A stretch of 64,000 bases of DNA from Octopus vulgaris (Eukaryota): assembly GCA_951406725.2 (NCBI GenBank), contig OX597824.1, positions 58,032,001 to 58,096,000 of the forward strand, read 5' to 3'. Below the pieces are notes generated by a model that was not told where the DNA came from, did not search any database, and saw only the letters and a program-made list of their open reading frames with translations. Shown here piece after piece: positions 40,901 to 54,790 of the stretch. The translations under genes were made by a program, and so were the position numbers. How positions within the stretch are numbered: the stretch's first letter is position 1; every line of letters begins with the position of its first letter.

Positions 40901-41140
40901 TCCCCGATTACCTCCCCCCTGTTGGGAACTCTCCTACATCACACCATAGAAAAGAGATGACACAATATGGGTAAAGAAATTTGAGAAATTTGAAAAGAAA
41001 ATACGAAACCAGTTATTTCTTCAAAAACAATGTCACTACACACAAAATTTTATAACATTTTTGTAACATGATGATTTAAATATATTCTCTAACCATATAA
41101 TACATGTCTTCTGTAGTTTTTTCATTCTATTAATTTTGTT
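37945..41140 (-). mobile_element. Penelope-like element (probably Neptune type) with decayed RT + GIY-YIG ORF and inverted pseudo-LTRs
   Basis: LYGLPKIHK, LRPII, SFDVINLYTSIP, GIAMG, RFLDDCF and LPFLD in ORFs 38879-40056; Cys linker KCGRPNRTTC; FTCASENLIYVIRC..YIGPT near 38530-38620. Segment 37950-38280 is the inverted copy of 40840-41140. Confidence 0.93.
40983..41021 (+). ncRNA. Degenerate minimal HHR-like motif in the Penelope pLTR (second copy - 38072-38108)
   Basis: GAGAAAT-TTGAAAA-G(AAAATA)C-GAAAC-CA/CG-GT-T-ATTTCTT: stem I pairs and one copy has palindromic stem III ACCGGT; the core deviates from CUGANGA. Confidence 0.5.
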
Positions 41141-41455
41141 ATATATATATATATATAATGCATAAAACATACCTGTCTCTCGCAACAAGCATGACTCGCT
41201 GGCCTGAATCGTGCTTTCACCATTTGGTCTATGTGTCAATGTCGTGGTGAGTAGACAAAGGCACCTAGCAGCCCTCCGACTCTTGGCTCAGACATAATAT
41301 CATGTTGAATTGAGTAGACTGGAGTAACCTGCAATGAAATACCTTACTCATAGACTCAATGAACTGCCCATTTCAAAACTCGAATCAAGAATATTACGAT
41401 CCTGCCTCCGTCACACTAACCGCAAGGCTATGCACCTTCACACTCACACATACAC

Positions 41456-41540
<85 letters not shown>

Positions 41541-41889
41541 CACATATCCAATGTCTGCAACTCACTCTAAATTTGTTCTTTATTTTAATTACAACACAAG
41601 GCCAAATGCGAGGCAATGGGCAAGAAGATTTACAAAACTTTCGGATAATACTATCTTAAGATTTCGTGTTCTGCAATAAAAATTACTTCACACTCTTCAG
41701 TAGAGATACATTGACAATATATAAGTGAAAAATGCATATACATACCGATAAATTTCTGCGTATTTCCCGCGTATACATTATATCTAATTGCCCATCTCAG
41801 CCATGTGGTTAATGTCAGAAATCATGCCGGGGTGAATATAGTACCTTAGCAAAATATAAGGACGAGAGAACTCAAAATTATATATACTT

Positions 41890-42041
41890 GTGGCTGTGTG
41901 GTAAGAAGCTTGCTTCCAAACCACATGGTTCTAGGTTCAGTCCTAGTGCGTGGCTCTTTGTACAAGTGTATTCTACTATAGCCTCGGCCGACCAAAGCCT
42001 TGTGAGTGAATTTGGGAGACAGAAACTGAAAGAAGCACGTC

Positions 42042-42045
<4 letters not shown>
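41890..42045 (+). mobile_element. SINE family A 5' half
   Basis: GTGGCTGTGTGGTAAGAAGCTTGC..GAAACTGAAAGAAGC. Confidence 0.85.
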
Positions 42046-42074
<29 letters not shown>

Positions 42075-42077
42075 TGT

Positions 42078-42118
<41 letters not shown>

Positions 42119-43367
42119 CGCGGACGTGTGTGTATGGGAGGAAGAGAGTGTGTATGAGTATGAGACAAACAGACAGATTCATAGCAAAAGACGGATAAAG
42201 CAATGTCATTTTTTCGTTTGTTTTGTTTTATTTTAAATTAATTTTTGTTAAGTACGTATAAAGGCAAATGTTTGCCGTGAAGCTATAGAGATGGACGCAG
42301 TGTATAACTGGTGATTTAAAAGATAAACTGGGGCCATAACGCCAGTTATTGAAGGTAAGAAGCTGGTGTGTCATTATATTCATCATTATTGGTGTTTATG
42401 AAGTGAATATGAATTGAAACCCTATCTCACTGTCTTATCGGGACCGCCTGGAGCCCATGTCCTTCTTAGTCTGTGTCATTACAACGACAAAGTTGTTAAA
42501 TATGCTCTGACACATCTCATCTTGACCCTGTAAAACCTTTTCTTATTAACATTTATCTAATCATACACTAAACTAATACGACGTCAATGGGAAATTGGCT
42601 GGTGGCACAAGGGGCAGTGTGGCCCGAGGGCCGGGAAAGAGGAGGAGGAGGAAGAGAAAATGGAAATAAAGTAAAAACAATGAGAAAAGGGATGGAGAAA
42701 GTGTAACTGGATCTGTTGTGAAGGGGGGAAACCCCGATGTCGATGCCAACTGCGGCAATTAGTTTGACCAAATTAAGCCAGTTCTTCGACAGCTGTAGTC
42801 GTGGCTTCCTTAAGAACATTGCTGCCACAATCGCACAAGTCACACTTCTCACATTTCACACAACCGGGCGATTTTACAGTTTTCTACATTTTATTTACTA
42901 TTCCTTATCTTCCTCCTTCTCCTTCACATTAGCATCATCACCGTCATCATTATCGTCATCATCTTCATCTTGATCATCATCGTCATCGTCGTCGTCGTCA
43001 TCAACATCATCATCATCATCAACGTCGTCGTCGTCATCATCATCATCATCATCATCACCACCGCCACCATCACTATCATCACCGCCGCCGCCACCACCAC
43101 CACCACCATCATCGTCTTACTTTTTGTCGTCGTCGTCGGTGTATTTTCTTTACATTGGTCGTTGCCTTAACGTTCTTGAAATTTAAAAGATAAGATATGT
43201 TTTATTAGGTATGTACAGACTGACACCACATGCTGTGTTCTTTTCGCGTGTGTATATGTGTGCGTACGTGTGTGTATGAGTGAGTGCGTGCAAATAAATA
43301 TACACAATATTCATATATGTACATAACCTTAGTCGCTATGCACGCACACACAATTGCTTTTAATATT

Positions 43368-43861
43368 GGTTCCAAATTTTGGTACAAGGCCAGCAGTTTG
43401 AAGGGAAGAGGTAAGTCACATCGAACCCAATACTCAACTGGTACTTATTTTACCAACCTCGAAAGAATGAAAAGCAAAGTCGACCTCGTAAGAATTTGAA
43501 CTCAGAACACAAAGATTGACGAAATGCTGTAAAGTATTTTGTCGGGCGCTAACGATTCTGTCACCTCGCCGCCTTAATTGCCTTTAATATTTAATATTAA
43601 GGTGGCCCTGCGTCAAAATTTAAGACCAATATTTAATATCAAAGTCGACCCAGGCATTTAATATTAAAGTCGATCTGTCTTTACATTCCGATTTCAAATT
43701 CAGCTTGAGTTAAATTTACCTTTCATCTTTTCGGGGTCGATGAAATAAGTACTTGTTGAATATTGGAATCGATATAATCGATTTCTCTAAAACTATTGCC
43801 AAAATTGGAAACCAATATCCAATATTTAATAGAGCGGTGAGCTGGCAGGATCGTTAGCAGG
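43368..43861. mobile_element. SINE family B copies (- 43368-43575; + 43690-43812; head 43832-43861)
   Basis: Family B motifs; the last head abuts the Tc1 relic. Confidence 0.7.
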
Positions 43862-44690
43862 CATCTTCTGTACATTGAATGCACCAAACGATTGATGAAG
43901 GCCACGAGGATAACAGCTCACACTCTGTTAAAACTTGCAGTGTGTTGTACCGCATTTGCCGGCCTTGAACGGATGTCATTTAACCTTCTTTGATTTCATC
44001 CCACAGGTGCTCTAAGGGGTTCAAGTCCTGACTTAGTCCATAGCAGTGTTTGGATGTTGTACTGTTGGATGAAGTCTGTTGTCAACCTGGCAGTTTGGGT
44101 ACGGGCGTTGTCGTGTTGGAACACGTGATTCTGATGACGGGCAAAGTATGACACAATGTGAGTCCTCAACACTTGGTCGATGTAGCGAGCAGTGGTTACT
44201 CCATTACCCAGGCCTTGGCCAATCTTTTGGAAGACCACCGATCCAAGTTTTTGGTTGAGTGCAATCCCGCCCCATAACATGATGCTCTGTCCTCCCCGTG
44301 AGTCTCTCTTCCATACACAGCCATTGCCATGACGTTCGCTCCTTCTTCTCCAAACCCGACCTCTACCATCTGCCACAGAAATGCAATATCGACTTTCGTC
44401 AGAGAAGTCTACATTCCCCCACTGCTGACATCACCAGTTCTGATGTTTTTTGAGCCCACTGCAGACGTGCCCGTCGGTGACGATCAGTGAGGATGGGGCA
44501 CCTATCCGGACGTCGACAAAACAGGTTGAAAGATCACAGCCGGCGGAGAACTATCTCTTTGATGAGTCCCTATAGTCTGCTTAGCTGATTCCGTTGCCCT
44601 CTGGAATCGGTCCTGCATGTGTTGTCGGTGCAGGTGACGATTTTGACGCGCCATTGTAGATTGACGTGCCGTTAAGATTATAAATGTTAT
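43862..44690 (-). pseudogene. Tc1-family DDE transposase relic
   Basis: RRP..PILTDRHRRARLQWA..WGNVDFSDESR..VWRR..MLWGGI..FQHDNAR..SPDLNPLEHLWD, with frameshifts. Confidence 0.9.
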
Positions 44691-44701
44691 TGTCATTTAC
44701 A

Positions 44702-44757
<56 letters not shown>

Positions 44758-45796
44758 GCAAGTATGTATGTATGTATGTATGTATGTATGTATGTATGTA
44801 TATAAATGTACGATCCAGGGATTGTACAGGTGTAGGCAGAAAGTTAGCATTCCGTAGTAAATATTAATAAAAACAACTTTCAGGGACAATAGTGAATTAT
44901 TCAGATCGAAGAATGATAAGCTGAAAAAAGATCTTTTTATATTCCAAGGTAGGCGACCAAGGTTACCGGGTGTGCGAATAAAAATACAAGAGTTACGGAA
45001 TGGTGTAGGTAAGATTCGGGCTACATATGTTTCATATCGGTCGGAACCTCAGAAGTGGTTAAACTCCAAAGGCCAAGGATATCTTGATTAAATTAAAGGT
45101 CACATTGTTGCAAAGATGTACATGTTGTCGCATGGAAGATTCAGTCTTCCGAGTGTTAATGTAGCCTTTAATTTAATCAAGATATCTTTGACCTAACATA
45201 CATATATATTATATGTATTTAAATGAGTATGGATCGAATCTTTTTAGCCTACACTTAGGAAAAAACTCGATTCTGAATATAGAGTATATTGCAAGTGGAT
45301 TTATTAATATTCTTACGACAGTTGTTTCATCAAAGCTAATTGTCGCTGAGCTTTATCTTAGTAGTTTAGGTAGAGGAACCGGGGAAATTATGTCAACATA
45401 TACTTGCTGTGGGGAGTGTGGAGAAAAGTAAGGTGGTGTTTGAATGAAAGAGTTAAGAAGATGACCTTGTAATATGACACTTGATTGGTTGAAAGATATT
45501 GTTACTGCGACTATTGCAAATTAGGTTACAATGCGGGACAAAAGAAAATGCCTGTGTATTTATTAGAGATAGTCACAGACAGAGCACTTTTTTGGTCCTT
45601 CTGAATCAGGGCGAACTTGGGACTAGTCTACTACAACGGCAACATAATTTCACTTTCATCAGCATCACTAGTAGTAGCACCACCGTCAACACAAGCATCG
45701 CCGCCATCACCACCCCTACTATGCCCCCACCACCACCACCACCAATTCTACTATTACTAGTAACATCGACATAATCACTATTACCACCACGACTAT

Positions 45797-45835
<39 letters not shown>

Positions 45836-47178
45836 CACTAAGTCCACTACCATTCCCGCCATTAACACCGCCACTACTACTCCTCCATCACCACCACCAC
45901 CACCAGCAACAACAAGAAACAATATCAATACCACCACTACGACCAACGAGAAAGATACACACACACACTCACACATACACACACACGCGTATGTGTGTGC
46001 TTGCGTGTATGTGTGTGTGTGTGTGTACGAGCGTGTGCGTGCGTGTACGTATGTGTTTGTACGTATGTATGTAGATGTATGTGCATGTGTATGTGTGTAT
46101 GTATGCATCTGTATGTTTCTCTGATATATTTGTACACGCAAGTGTATGTGTGTGTGTATGTGTACGTGCGTCATTGTGTGTAAGAAATGGAGGCGCGGTT
46201 GTGAGATCTTACAAAGACAAATGAGTAAGTCATTGACCTTCCGCCATTATGATAATGCATTTTGGGAAGGGAAAAGGCGAGGGTTCTACTTTGATTGACG
46301 AAATAAAGGGGTAAAAGGAATAAATGAAATTTTATATATGACCTTTGACACAAACCAATCAAAGCTGACTTGTACGGTGAATAATTAAAGATGGTGACAA
46401 TTACGAGCCCCCCTTTTCTTGTTCTTCTTCCTCACCTACCTCTCCTCCTACACCCTCTGTTTTTTTTTATATTTCTCTACCTTTCCATTATCACGTCATC
46501 ATCGTGATGTCCAAGAACACCATAGTCATCATCGTCATCCCTGTCCCAGTTGTCATTCTCATCATGGTCATGATGGTCATCGTCATCGTCCCACGAATGT
46601 TTTCATTCACCTTTCTGATCTAATTGTTCAAAATATTCATGACTTTTTCGATTCGGCGCATGCGTAAAAGCCATAGCTGTTATACAGGTTGGTAAACAAT
46701 TTGATGATTCACAACGAGGAAGGATTTTCTGTAAAGAAACGAATACATGACAGTCAGCTTTCATTTAGAATGTTTGTGCTTGAATAGTTCATATATGACA
46801 ATAGCTGATGTAAATGTTGGTTGGTTGGCTGGTTGGTTGGTTGAATTCTCCAGTCAGACATTACATCATAGACTGGAGAGGAAGTTACAGAAATTAACAG
46901 TAGAGGTGCGGGATGAGTGCAAGTAGTAGGCTTGCTGGCAGGCAATGAATAAAAGGACGCTACACACAATGAGAAAGAGAAAAGTAAAGCACAAGGCAGT
47001 TGTTGGAGGAGTTATTGAATAGAATAGCGGATAAATACATACATACATATAAAAATACATGTGTAATATGAAAAATGTGTGCTGGTGTGATAGACTAAAT
47101 TTTTTAAAACGTCTAAACAGGACACATATATGTGCATATTGAGTATATGACTTAGTATACACATGATTGGAGAAATAT

Positions 47179-47860
47179 ATAAGGGTAAATAAAAAAAAGT
47201 TATCCGCATTTTCGCCAAAAATCTCTTTAGGCTGGTCGCATTTCCTTCAGCCTTGCGTACTAAAAGGTGGCACACTTGTGGTTACGTAACCTAGGTTTGA
47301 CCTTGATCGCTCCAGTTTTCTTGTGTTACAGTTTAAACATGACCGCTCCGCTGGCAGAGTGCACCAACGAAGAATAGAGATCAGTGGTCCGATTTCTCTG
47401 CTTTGAAGTGTGTCCAGGGTTGATATTAGTCGTAAACTGTCAGTACTATACGGCGTCGGAGCTCTACCACATAGAAATGTGTATGAGTGGATCGAGAAGT
47501 TTAAACATAGCTGGCCAAGCGCGAAGAATAAAGAGAGGAGGACGCCCGTCAACCACTGACGTGAAGATTCAAAAAGCTCGAGAGATGTTTCTGGTGAAGC
47601 GACAAGTGACATTTTTTTCTGCAAATTCATGAAGGTTCTGCATACGTAAAGTTTGTGGAAGATGGGTGCCAAGAGAGCTTACCGAAGCGCATAAGTGCAA
47701 TCGTGTGAAGATCCGTTAACGCTTACTCGACCGTAACAACGATGAAGTGAAGCTTTTTTGGAGAGAATAGTCACTGGGTTCATTACTTTGAGCCAAAATC
47801 CAAAAGGTTGATTGTGGAGTGAAAATCCCGGAATCGTCATTTGAAAGAAATTCAAGACAG
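47179..47860 (+). pseudogene. Mariner transposase relic, 5' half
   Basis: TIR-like TATAAGGGTAAATAAAAAAAAGTTATCCGC; HTH region RSVVRFL..VYEWIEKFK..GRPST; RWVPRELT motif; FLERIVTG. Confidence 0.85.
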
Positions 47861-48276
47861 CATACTTATTTCAAATATAACATACTTATATAAATCATAA
47901 CATACTTATTTCAAATAAGCGGCTTTGTTGTATGTCCCTTTATTTTGAAAATTAGTATTCATAGAAATTTGATTGGAGCTTGATTATCATTATTGTACGT
48001 AAGCCATATTTTCTATCAACCATTGGTGGCAAAAGTATACTTCAAAAGCTATCCATCATCTGAGAGTAACACCCTAGTAATTTATATGATTAGTAATTAG
48101 GGCAATGGCTTCTGTAAATATATCTTATTGTATTCGGTTAATTATAAATATATTTTTATATAACATTTTGAGATATTATATCGTATTGAACTAATTAGAA
48201 ACAGTGTTGATAATATTCATGAGATTTTCAAGTCTTAAAAAATAGACGTAATGGGGTGTGTGTGTGTGTATACTCG

Positions 48277-48311
<35 letters not shown>

Positions 48312-49026
48312 GCTTAGGCATATCAGTACTAACAGAACTCAATATACATATGCTTCAGTACAAGGTGAAAATTGTGTACAGAGCAATAAGACATTACCTA
48401 TATGACAATGGAATAAGAAATTGTCATGAACCTTCATTAGTTTACACCTGTTTCTGTAATGCACTCATAGTTGAGTGCTTATGTATCAGACTGGAGTTTC
48501 AAAAATGAAGTGCAATTTTAATTTGGAAAGCATTTGCATGTATGTATATGCAGAGAAAGCATTACTATCAAAGAAAAAAAACCCCAAGACCAAAGATATG
48601 TAAGAAAATGAAAGGCGTTTTAGGGGTAGAAGCTCCTCTCAGAAAAGTGGGAGCAAAACATTTCACGTTTCTTTGCGATCACTAGGACATCAGTTGATGA
48701 CTATAAACCAAACCATTTGTGGAGGTCATTCAGCAAAAATTGAATACTCTTCTACGGGAGATTCCTTCACATGTATGTATGTATATGTTTGTGTATCTGT
48801 GTTTGCCGCCCCCCATCGATGTTGGTGTATTTAAGTCCCGCAACTTAGCGGTTCGGTTAAAGAGACTGAAAGAATAAGTACTAGGCTTACAAAGAATAAG
48901 TCCTGGGGTTGATTTGTTCGAGTTAAGGCGGAGCTCTTGCATGGCCGTAAACAAATAAAAAGAACAAAAGAATAAAATATATATACATATATATATATAT
49001 GCATGTATGTATGTATGTACGTGTGA

Positions 49027-49087
<61 letters not shown>

Positions 49088-49754
49088 CAAGTAATGCATC
49101 CCGGTGTTGCCCGGTTGTTATGACCTGTAGCCACATTGTATTATTTGTTCCTCTCTTATGGGCAAAATCGGCACACAAGGAGTATGAAGCAAACAACTCT
49201 TCTTTATAAAAATGCCTTTCGGTCCATTTTCTGAAGAACAACACTGCAGTTTCCGTCTATCAAATTCAGTCACAAGTTTGTGGTTGGCCTAGAAAATACT
49301 TGCCCAAGGCATCAGGCAGATGGACTGAACGTGGAACCATGTGGTTGGGAAGCAAAATTCTCAACCACACAGCTATTCTTGCACCTGATGTGTATACGTG
49401 TGTGTGTGTGTGTGTGTGTATTTACATTTGTTGTTAAATCGAATATTGTGTCCCACTATGTCTCAAAGTTAACAGTTCATGAAACAAAGATCTATAAAAT
49501 AAATAACGGAGTAAAATACGTATTGAGGTCAGTATGACCAATGAAATTTTTGAAGGTGTTACTCCATCATCGTGATAGTCGAAAAACTAAACCCATCAAA
49601 GTAATGGTTAAATACTTAATGGCTTCAAATTTAAGGTAATGGATTCCTAACCACAAAATAATGAGTTCAAAGCTTCATACTGAAATCCACTCTATACGAT
49701 AAAACTATATGTACGTCTCAGTCTACTTGGCTTCCAACAATTTGTTTTCACATC

Positions 49755-49830
<76 letters not shown>

Positions 49831-50704
49831 CGCACACGCATGTGCGTCTGTGGTAACTCGAGCTACTACAAATAGCAGACAAATCTCTCTTAAACACTCC
49901 CTTTCACCAAAAGAAAGACACAGAATTTCAGTAGTTCAAGAAAAAAAAACTAAGCATGGATTTGCTACATCAACGGCAACTCTGGGCTAAACAAAACATA
50001 GCCAAACATACTTCACATGAAAGAGTATCTACTAAATAATACTAATAAAGTTGATGGTATATCTTCGAAGTTTCATTCCCTGGTAGTTCAGGCAGAGTTG
50101 CCTCCCTTTGGTAAAGACCTCAAAACTGGGCGACCCGACCTCGTTTTCGAGGTTATTTTTGTAGTAAAAAAGAGTTGTTGTACAAAACAAATACTTTGTT
50201 TGGTAGCTGAAAGATTAAAGAATATTTTGATATACGGCATACGTCAAAATAGACACCTCAGATTTCGAATCTATAAGGAACATACGCACGCCGCACACAC
50301 ACACACACACGCGCTCGCACAAACTCTGTTTTATATATTAAGATATACTACAAATGTATAAAATGCAAGGAACTGGTCAGATAATGACATTTACGTATTT
50401 AAACAGTGAAAAAACTTTGAGGGTAGAAATGAATGTTACAGGAGAACAAATCACAAGAGGTTAATAAAAGATCATGTACATGTTAGAATTTGTAGGGAAC
50501 AGGAAGAATATTCTCTGATGCCAGTTGTTTGCTTGTTAATTTTTTTACTCCATTTCACACGTACCTGCTCAATTGAAACTCTGCCTATAACCTCCTTGTT
50601 TTAATGTAGTTTCAATGCAAGTTGGAGTTGAGGCTGCGAGTCGTTCTGAGCATTAATTTATGCACATATATTCTCACACCATTGGAAGTAATATTTCGTA
50701 AATT

Positions 50705-50775
<71 letters not shown>

Positions 50776-51941
50776 ATATATTTTTTCTTTTTTGAGTCAT
50801 TAGACTACGACCATGCTGGGGCACGGTCTTGTGGAATTTTAGTCGAAGGAATCGCATTCAGTACTTGCACCCTACCTTTTTTTTTCTTAGCTAGTACTTA
50901 TTCTGTCGCTCTTTTTTGTGATTCTCGGCACAAATTTCGCAATAGTCAACTTTGTTGTTCCTCTGTTCGGGATCGATAAAAAAACTACTCATTCAAAGCG
51001 ATGCATTAGAATTAGAACTGTAAGAACATCGGATGGGGTGTTTGCAGAATGTTTTCCACCCCTTTGCGTTTTGAGTTCAAATACCGCCGCCACCTATTTC
51101 GGTGGTAGACTTCACCCCTCACTCAGTTTCACCCAGTTTCATGTCTTTAATGCACTACTCTCTGATGCAGACATTCAGGCTAATTACGCTTCAATTTTGT
51201 TATTTTTGAGTAAGAAGGGAATGAGTACTTATAACCTTTCACTAGTCTCGATGCTCATGGACACTGCTTTCCTTCCTGAATAAAAGATTTAAAAAATCCA
51301 CGAGGATTAATTATAATAGTTTAATTAAACTATTTTATATGGTTGAGAGAATATTGAAGTTTAATAATATGGATTTACTTTGGAATGAAATCATAAAACC
51401 TCGTTATAAATTTGAACATATTTAATGGAATTTATTAAAACTTCAATTTAACTCAATTATTACACATTTCTACATATATTTTTTGTAGTTAAGAAGTGGG
51501 TTGAAATGTCAGAATGTCAGCCATTTTAAAGTACTTTTAAAGTGAATATGCAGGCTATTTTAAAGTGAATAAGGAGCCAAAATGATTAGTAATTTTAAAT
51601 AATTTTACACAAAGTTTGTGAGATGTGTATCTCTTTCTTAACATAGATATTTATCTCTGTTACTAAATATAAAATAAATCTGTATATGTGGTATCATGAA
51701 CAACAATTTACTGTTTGTCGAACTTACCAACAAATCGACAGTAATTTGTCTGTCGCAAAAACTTTCAATCAAGATTCATTATCTTAACTGTAAAATATAG
51801 ATATTTCTCACTAATGGAAACAGCCTATAGTTGTGGTGGTTGTGCTGATAAAATCCCTCTACCGCGCTCTTTCTCTCATATATATATATGTGTGTGTGTG
51901 TGTGTATATATACAGATATATATATATATATATAAATATAA

Positions 51942-52006
<65 letters not shown>

Positions 52007-52508
52007 CATATCGAAGGGAAATGGAAATTAATAGAAATTTTCACTTCCAGTGGCCTAGCGTGTAGTCCAAAGACTATGTATTACTCATAAAATACAGTGT
52101 ACATTTATACACATAAGAAGAATCCACTCATGGGATTCATCGTGTGTGTGTGTGCGCGCACGCGCGTGTGTGTTTATTGTATAATGTATAAACTTCTTAC
52201 CACACAACCATGCCTGTGCCTACACAAACACACACACACACACACACACACGCGCACACACATATAATTTGGGAGGAAAACTCGAACGTGCCTATAAGAA
52301 CTCTTATGTAGTTATTTGGTTACCAAATGACATCCTGCTGTGGCATATATTCCAGAGTTATATACGCATGTAGAATTCCTCTTTACATCAGATTAGTATA
52401 ATTTATATAAAGAATGTCCTTCTCGTATAATAATCTTCGAATATAAACTCAGTAACTTAAAGCTGGTATGCAGTGCAGAATCAAATGTTGAAACCTACTA
52501 TTATATAT

Positions 52509-52870
52509 AGGCGTGGCAGTGTGGTAAGAAGCTTGCTTCCCTACGGCATGGCTCCGGATTCATTCCCACTCTGTAACACCTTTGGCAAGTGTCTTCTACT
52601 ATTGCCGCGTGCCGACCAAAGCCTTAGTAGACAGAAACTGAAAGAAACACGTCGTACACATATATGTGTGTGCCTGTGGTTGTTCCCCTCCCATCCGATG
52701 CTAGTGTGTTTATGTCCCCGTACTTTAACGGTTCGGCAAAAGATACCGATAGAATGAGTACTAGGCTTACAAAGAATAAGTCTTGGGCTCAATTTCTTTG
52801 ACTAAAAACCTTTGAGGCGGCGCTCCAGCATGGCCGTAATTAAATGACTGAACAAGTAAAAGAATTAAAG
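52509..52870 (+). mobile_element. SINE family A
   Basis: Head to tail motifs present. Confidence 0.85.
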
Positions 52871-52901
52871 AATATATATATATATATATGTATATATGTA
52901 A

Positions 52902-52962
<61 letters not shown>

Positions 52963-52987
52963 TAAACATATACATATATATATATAT

Positions 52988-53182
52988 ATAGTTAATCCAA
53001 ACAAGAAAACACAGCAACGCGAGGACGTGGAACAATTAAAGTATTATTTGACGCTCAGGAAAGAAGGGAAGGAGGGTTTAACATTTCGAGCGGAGCTCTT
53101 CGTCGGAAACAAAGAAGAAGGAAAGATCCCGAGAAGGGAAGACAGCGGAAAAAATTTTTTTTGCTGGTGGTGCTCAAGAGAG

Positions 53183-53185
<3 letters not shown>
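52988..53185 (-). mobile_element. (TA)n-flanked pLTR-like element with HHR-like motif (53076-53110); deleted sibling at 14390-14530
   Basis: GTTT-CCGACGA-A-GAGC-TCC-GCTC-GAAAT-GT-T-AAAC; shares GTTAATCCAAACAAGAAA..GCGAGGACGTGG with 14392. Confidence 0.65.
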
Positions 53186-53221
<36 letters not shown>

Positions 53222-53301
53222 CTAATGTAGGATAAAATTTTTTCGAAAAAAAATTTTTATCAATGGCCAGCATATCAAAAAATACCCTTAACGGTTAAAT
53301 T

Positions 53302-53425
53302 TATAAACAACTTATAAAATAAGGACAAATATGCTGAAAAAAAAACAAAATTGACAATTTTGTCTTTTTTTCGGCATATTTGGCATTAGAATTTTTCTTT
53401 TGTCCTTATTTTATAAGTTGTTTAT
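53302..53425. repeat. Palindromic insert between (TA)n tracts
   Basis: ATAAACAACTTATAAAATAAGGACAAA versus TTTGTCCTTATTTTATAAGTTGTTTAT, with an inner hairpin centred on AAAATTGACAATTTT. Confidence 0.8.
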
Positions 53426-54251
53426 ATATATATATATATATATGAGAAGGGTCTTGCAATTTCTTGCTGAACAATCACACAGAATGATTAGCTTATAGTG
53501 ATCAGATGTTTGTGATCATATAAACTCATTCCAGCCATCAAATCGCGACATTATCTGTACAGGTGCACGACGTGCCTCCAATCAGATGATGAAATGATTT
53601 CAGAGCAATGGAAAATGAAGTGTTTTGCTCGAGAACACCTCGCAACACCAGATCTGGGAATCGAAGCTACGATCTTGCAATCGTGTGACCTCCTAACCAC
53701 TAAGCCATACGTCTTCCAGGCACATGACTTTGTGGTTAGGGTGTGTATGTATGTATCGTGTTGGTAGCTCTATAGGTACAAGTGTGTGTATGTCGGTACA
53801 TGGATAGGTGTATGGTTATATAGGCAGAAAGGTGTATGGGTGTGTATGTATAGGTAGTTATCACGTCTACCAATCTTCAAACACCGGTTATCTTTCTTTA
53901 TTCGTTTCTATCACTCCACTCTACTCCCTCCAACTCATCTCTCCCATCCCCACCCAAGCTGTATAATACCATGGCGCTCACGCCTCTCCTCTTCCATCCA
54001 CCTCATTTATCCAATTCCCGCCGCCATTTTGATGATTTGATGTTTATCGCTTTTGCTCTGAAACAAGGTTTCTCTCTCACCCCATTCCCTCTCTCTCTCA
54101 TTTTTTTTATCTCTATCCTTTTTATTGTCGATATTCACTCCGTAACCTCCCCTAACGCCACCTCCCAACAACACAATCTCCCGACACCACCACCATCACC
54201 ACCACCACCACCACCACCACCACCACCACCACCACCACCACCACCACCAAA

Positions 54252-54315
<64 letters not shown>

Positions 54316-54724
54316 TCATAACCTCTCTCTGTCTTTCTTTCTCTCTCCCTCTTTCTTTCTATCTCTCTCTTTCTTTCTCTTTCTCGTCATTACCCTCACC
54401 ACCATCTCTCTTGCACGACCACCGTAGCATTTACAAAGTCATTTCTCTTGAAAATAAATAAATGAATACGTGCCGTTAGTCCATTTGAGTATTTCCCCTT
54501 TACTCGCCTGCTTTTTTGTTTTAATTATACGAATTACTTGAAAATCTCTGCCATAAAAGCAGCACTGTCGGACACTTATACACAAATACACACACACTCA
54601 CACAAAAAAGCATTGATCATACGTTCATATAAACGGTCTCACACGTGTACATACACACATGCACAAACGCACACAGAGGTTATATGCTCACGTATAATCA
54701 TCCATTCATGTAAGCATACACTCA

Positions 54725-54790
<66 letters not shown>

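Noticed and set aside
42520-42540. ACCCTGTA as a miR-10-family seed
   Set aside because: The rest of the mature sequence and a precursor hairpin are absent.
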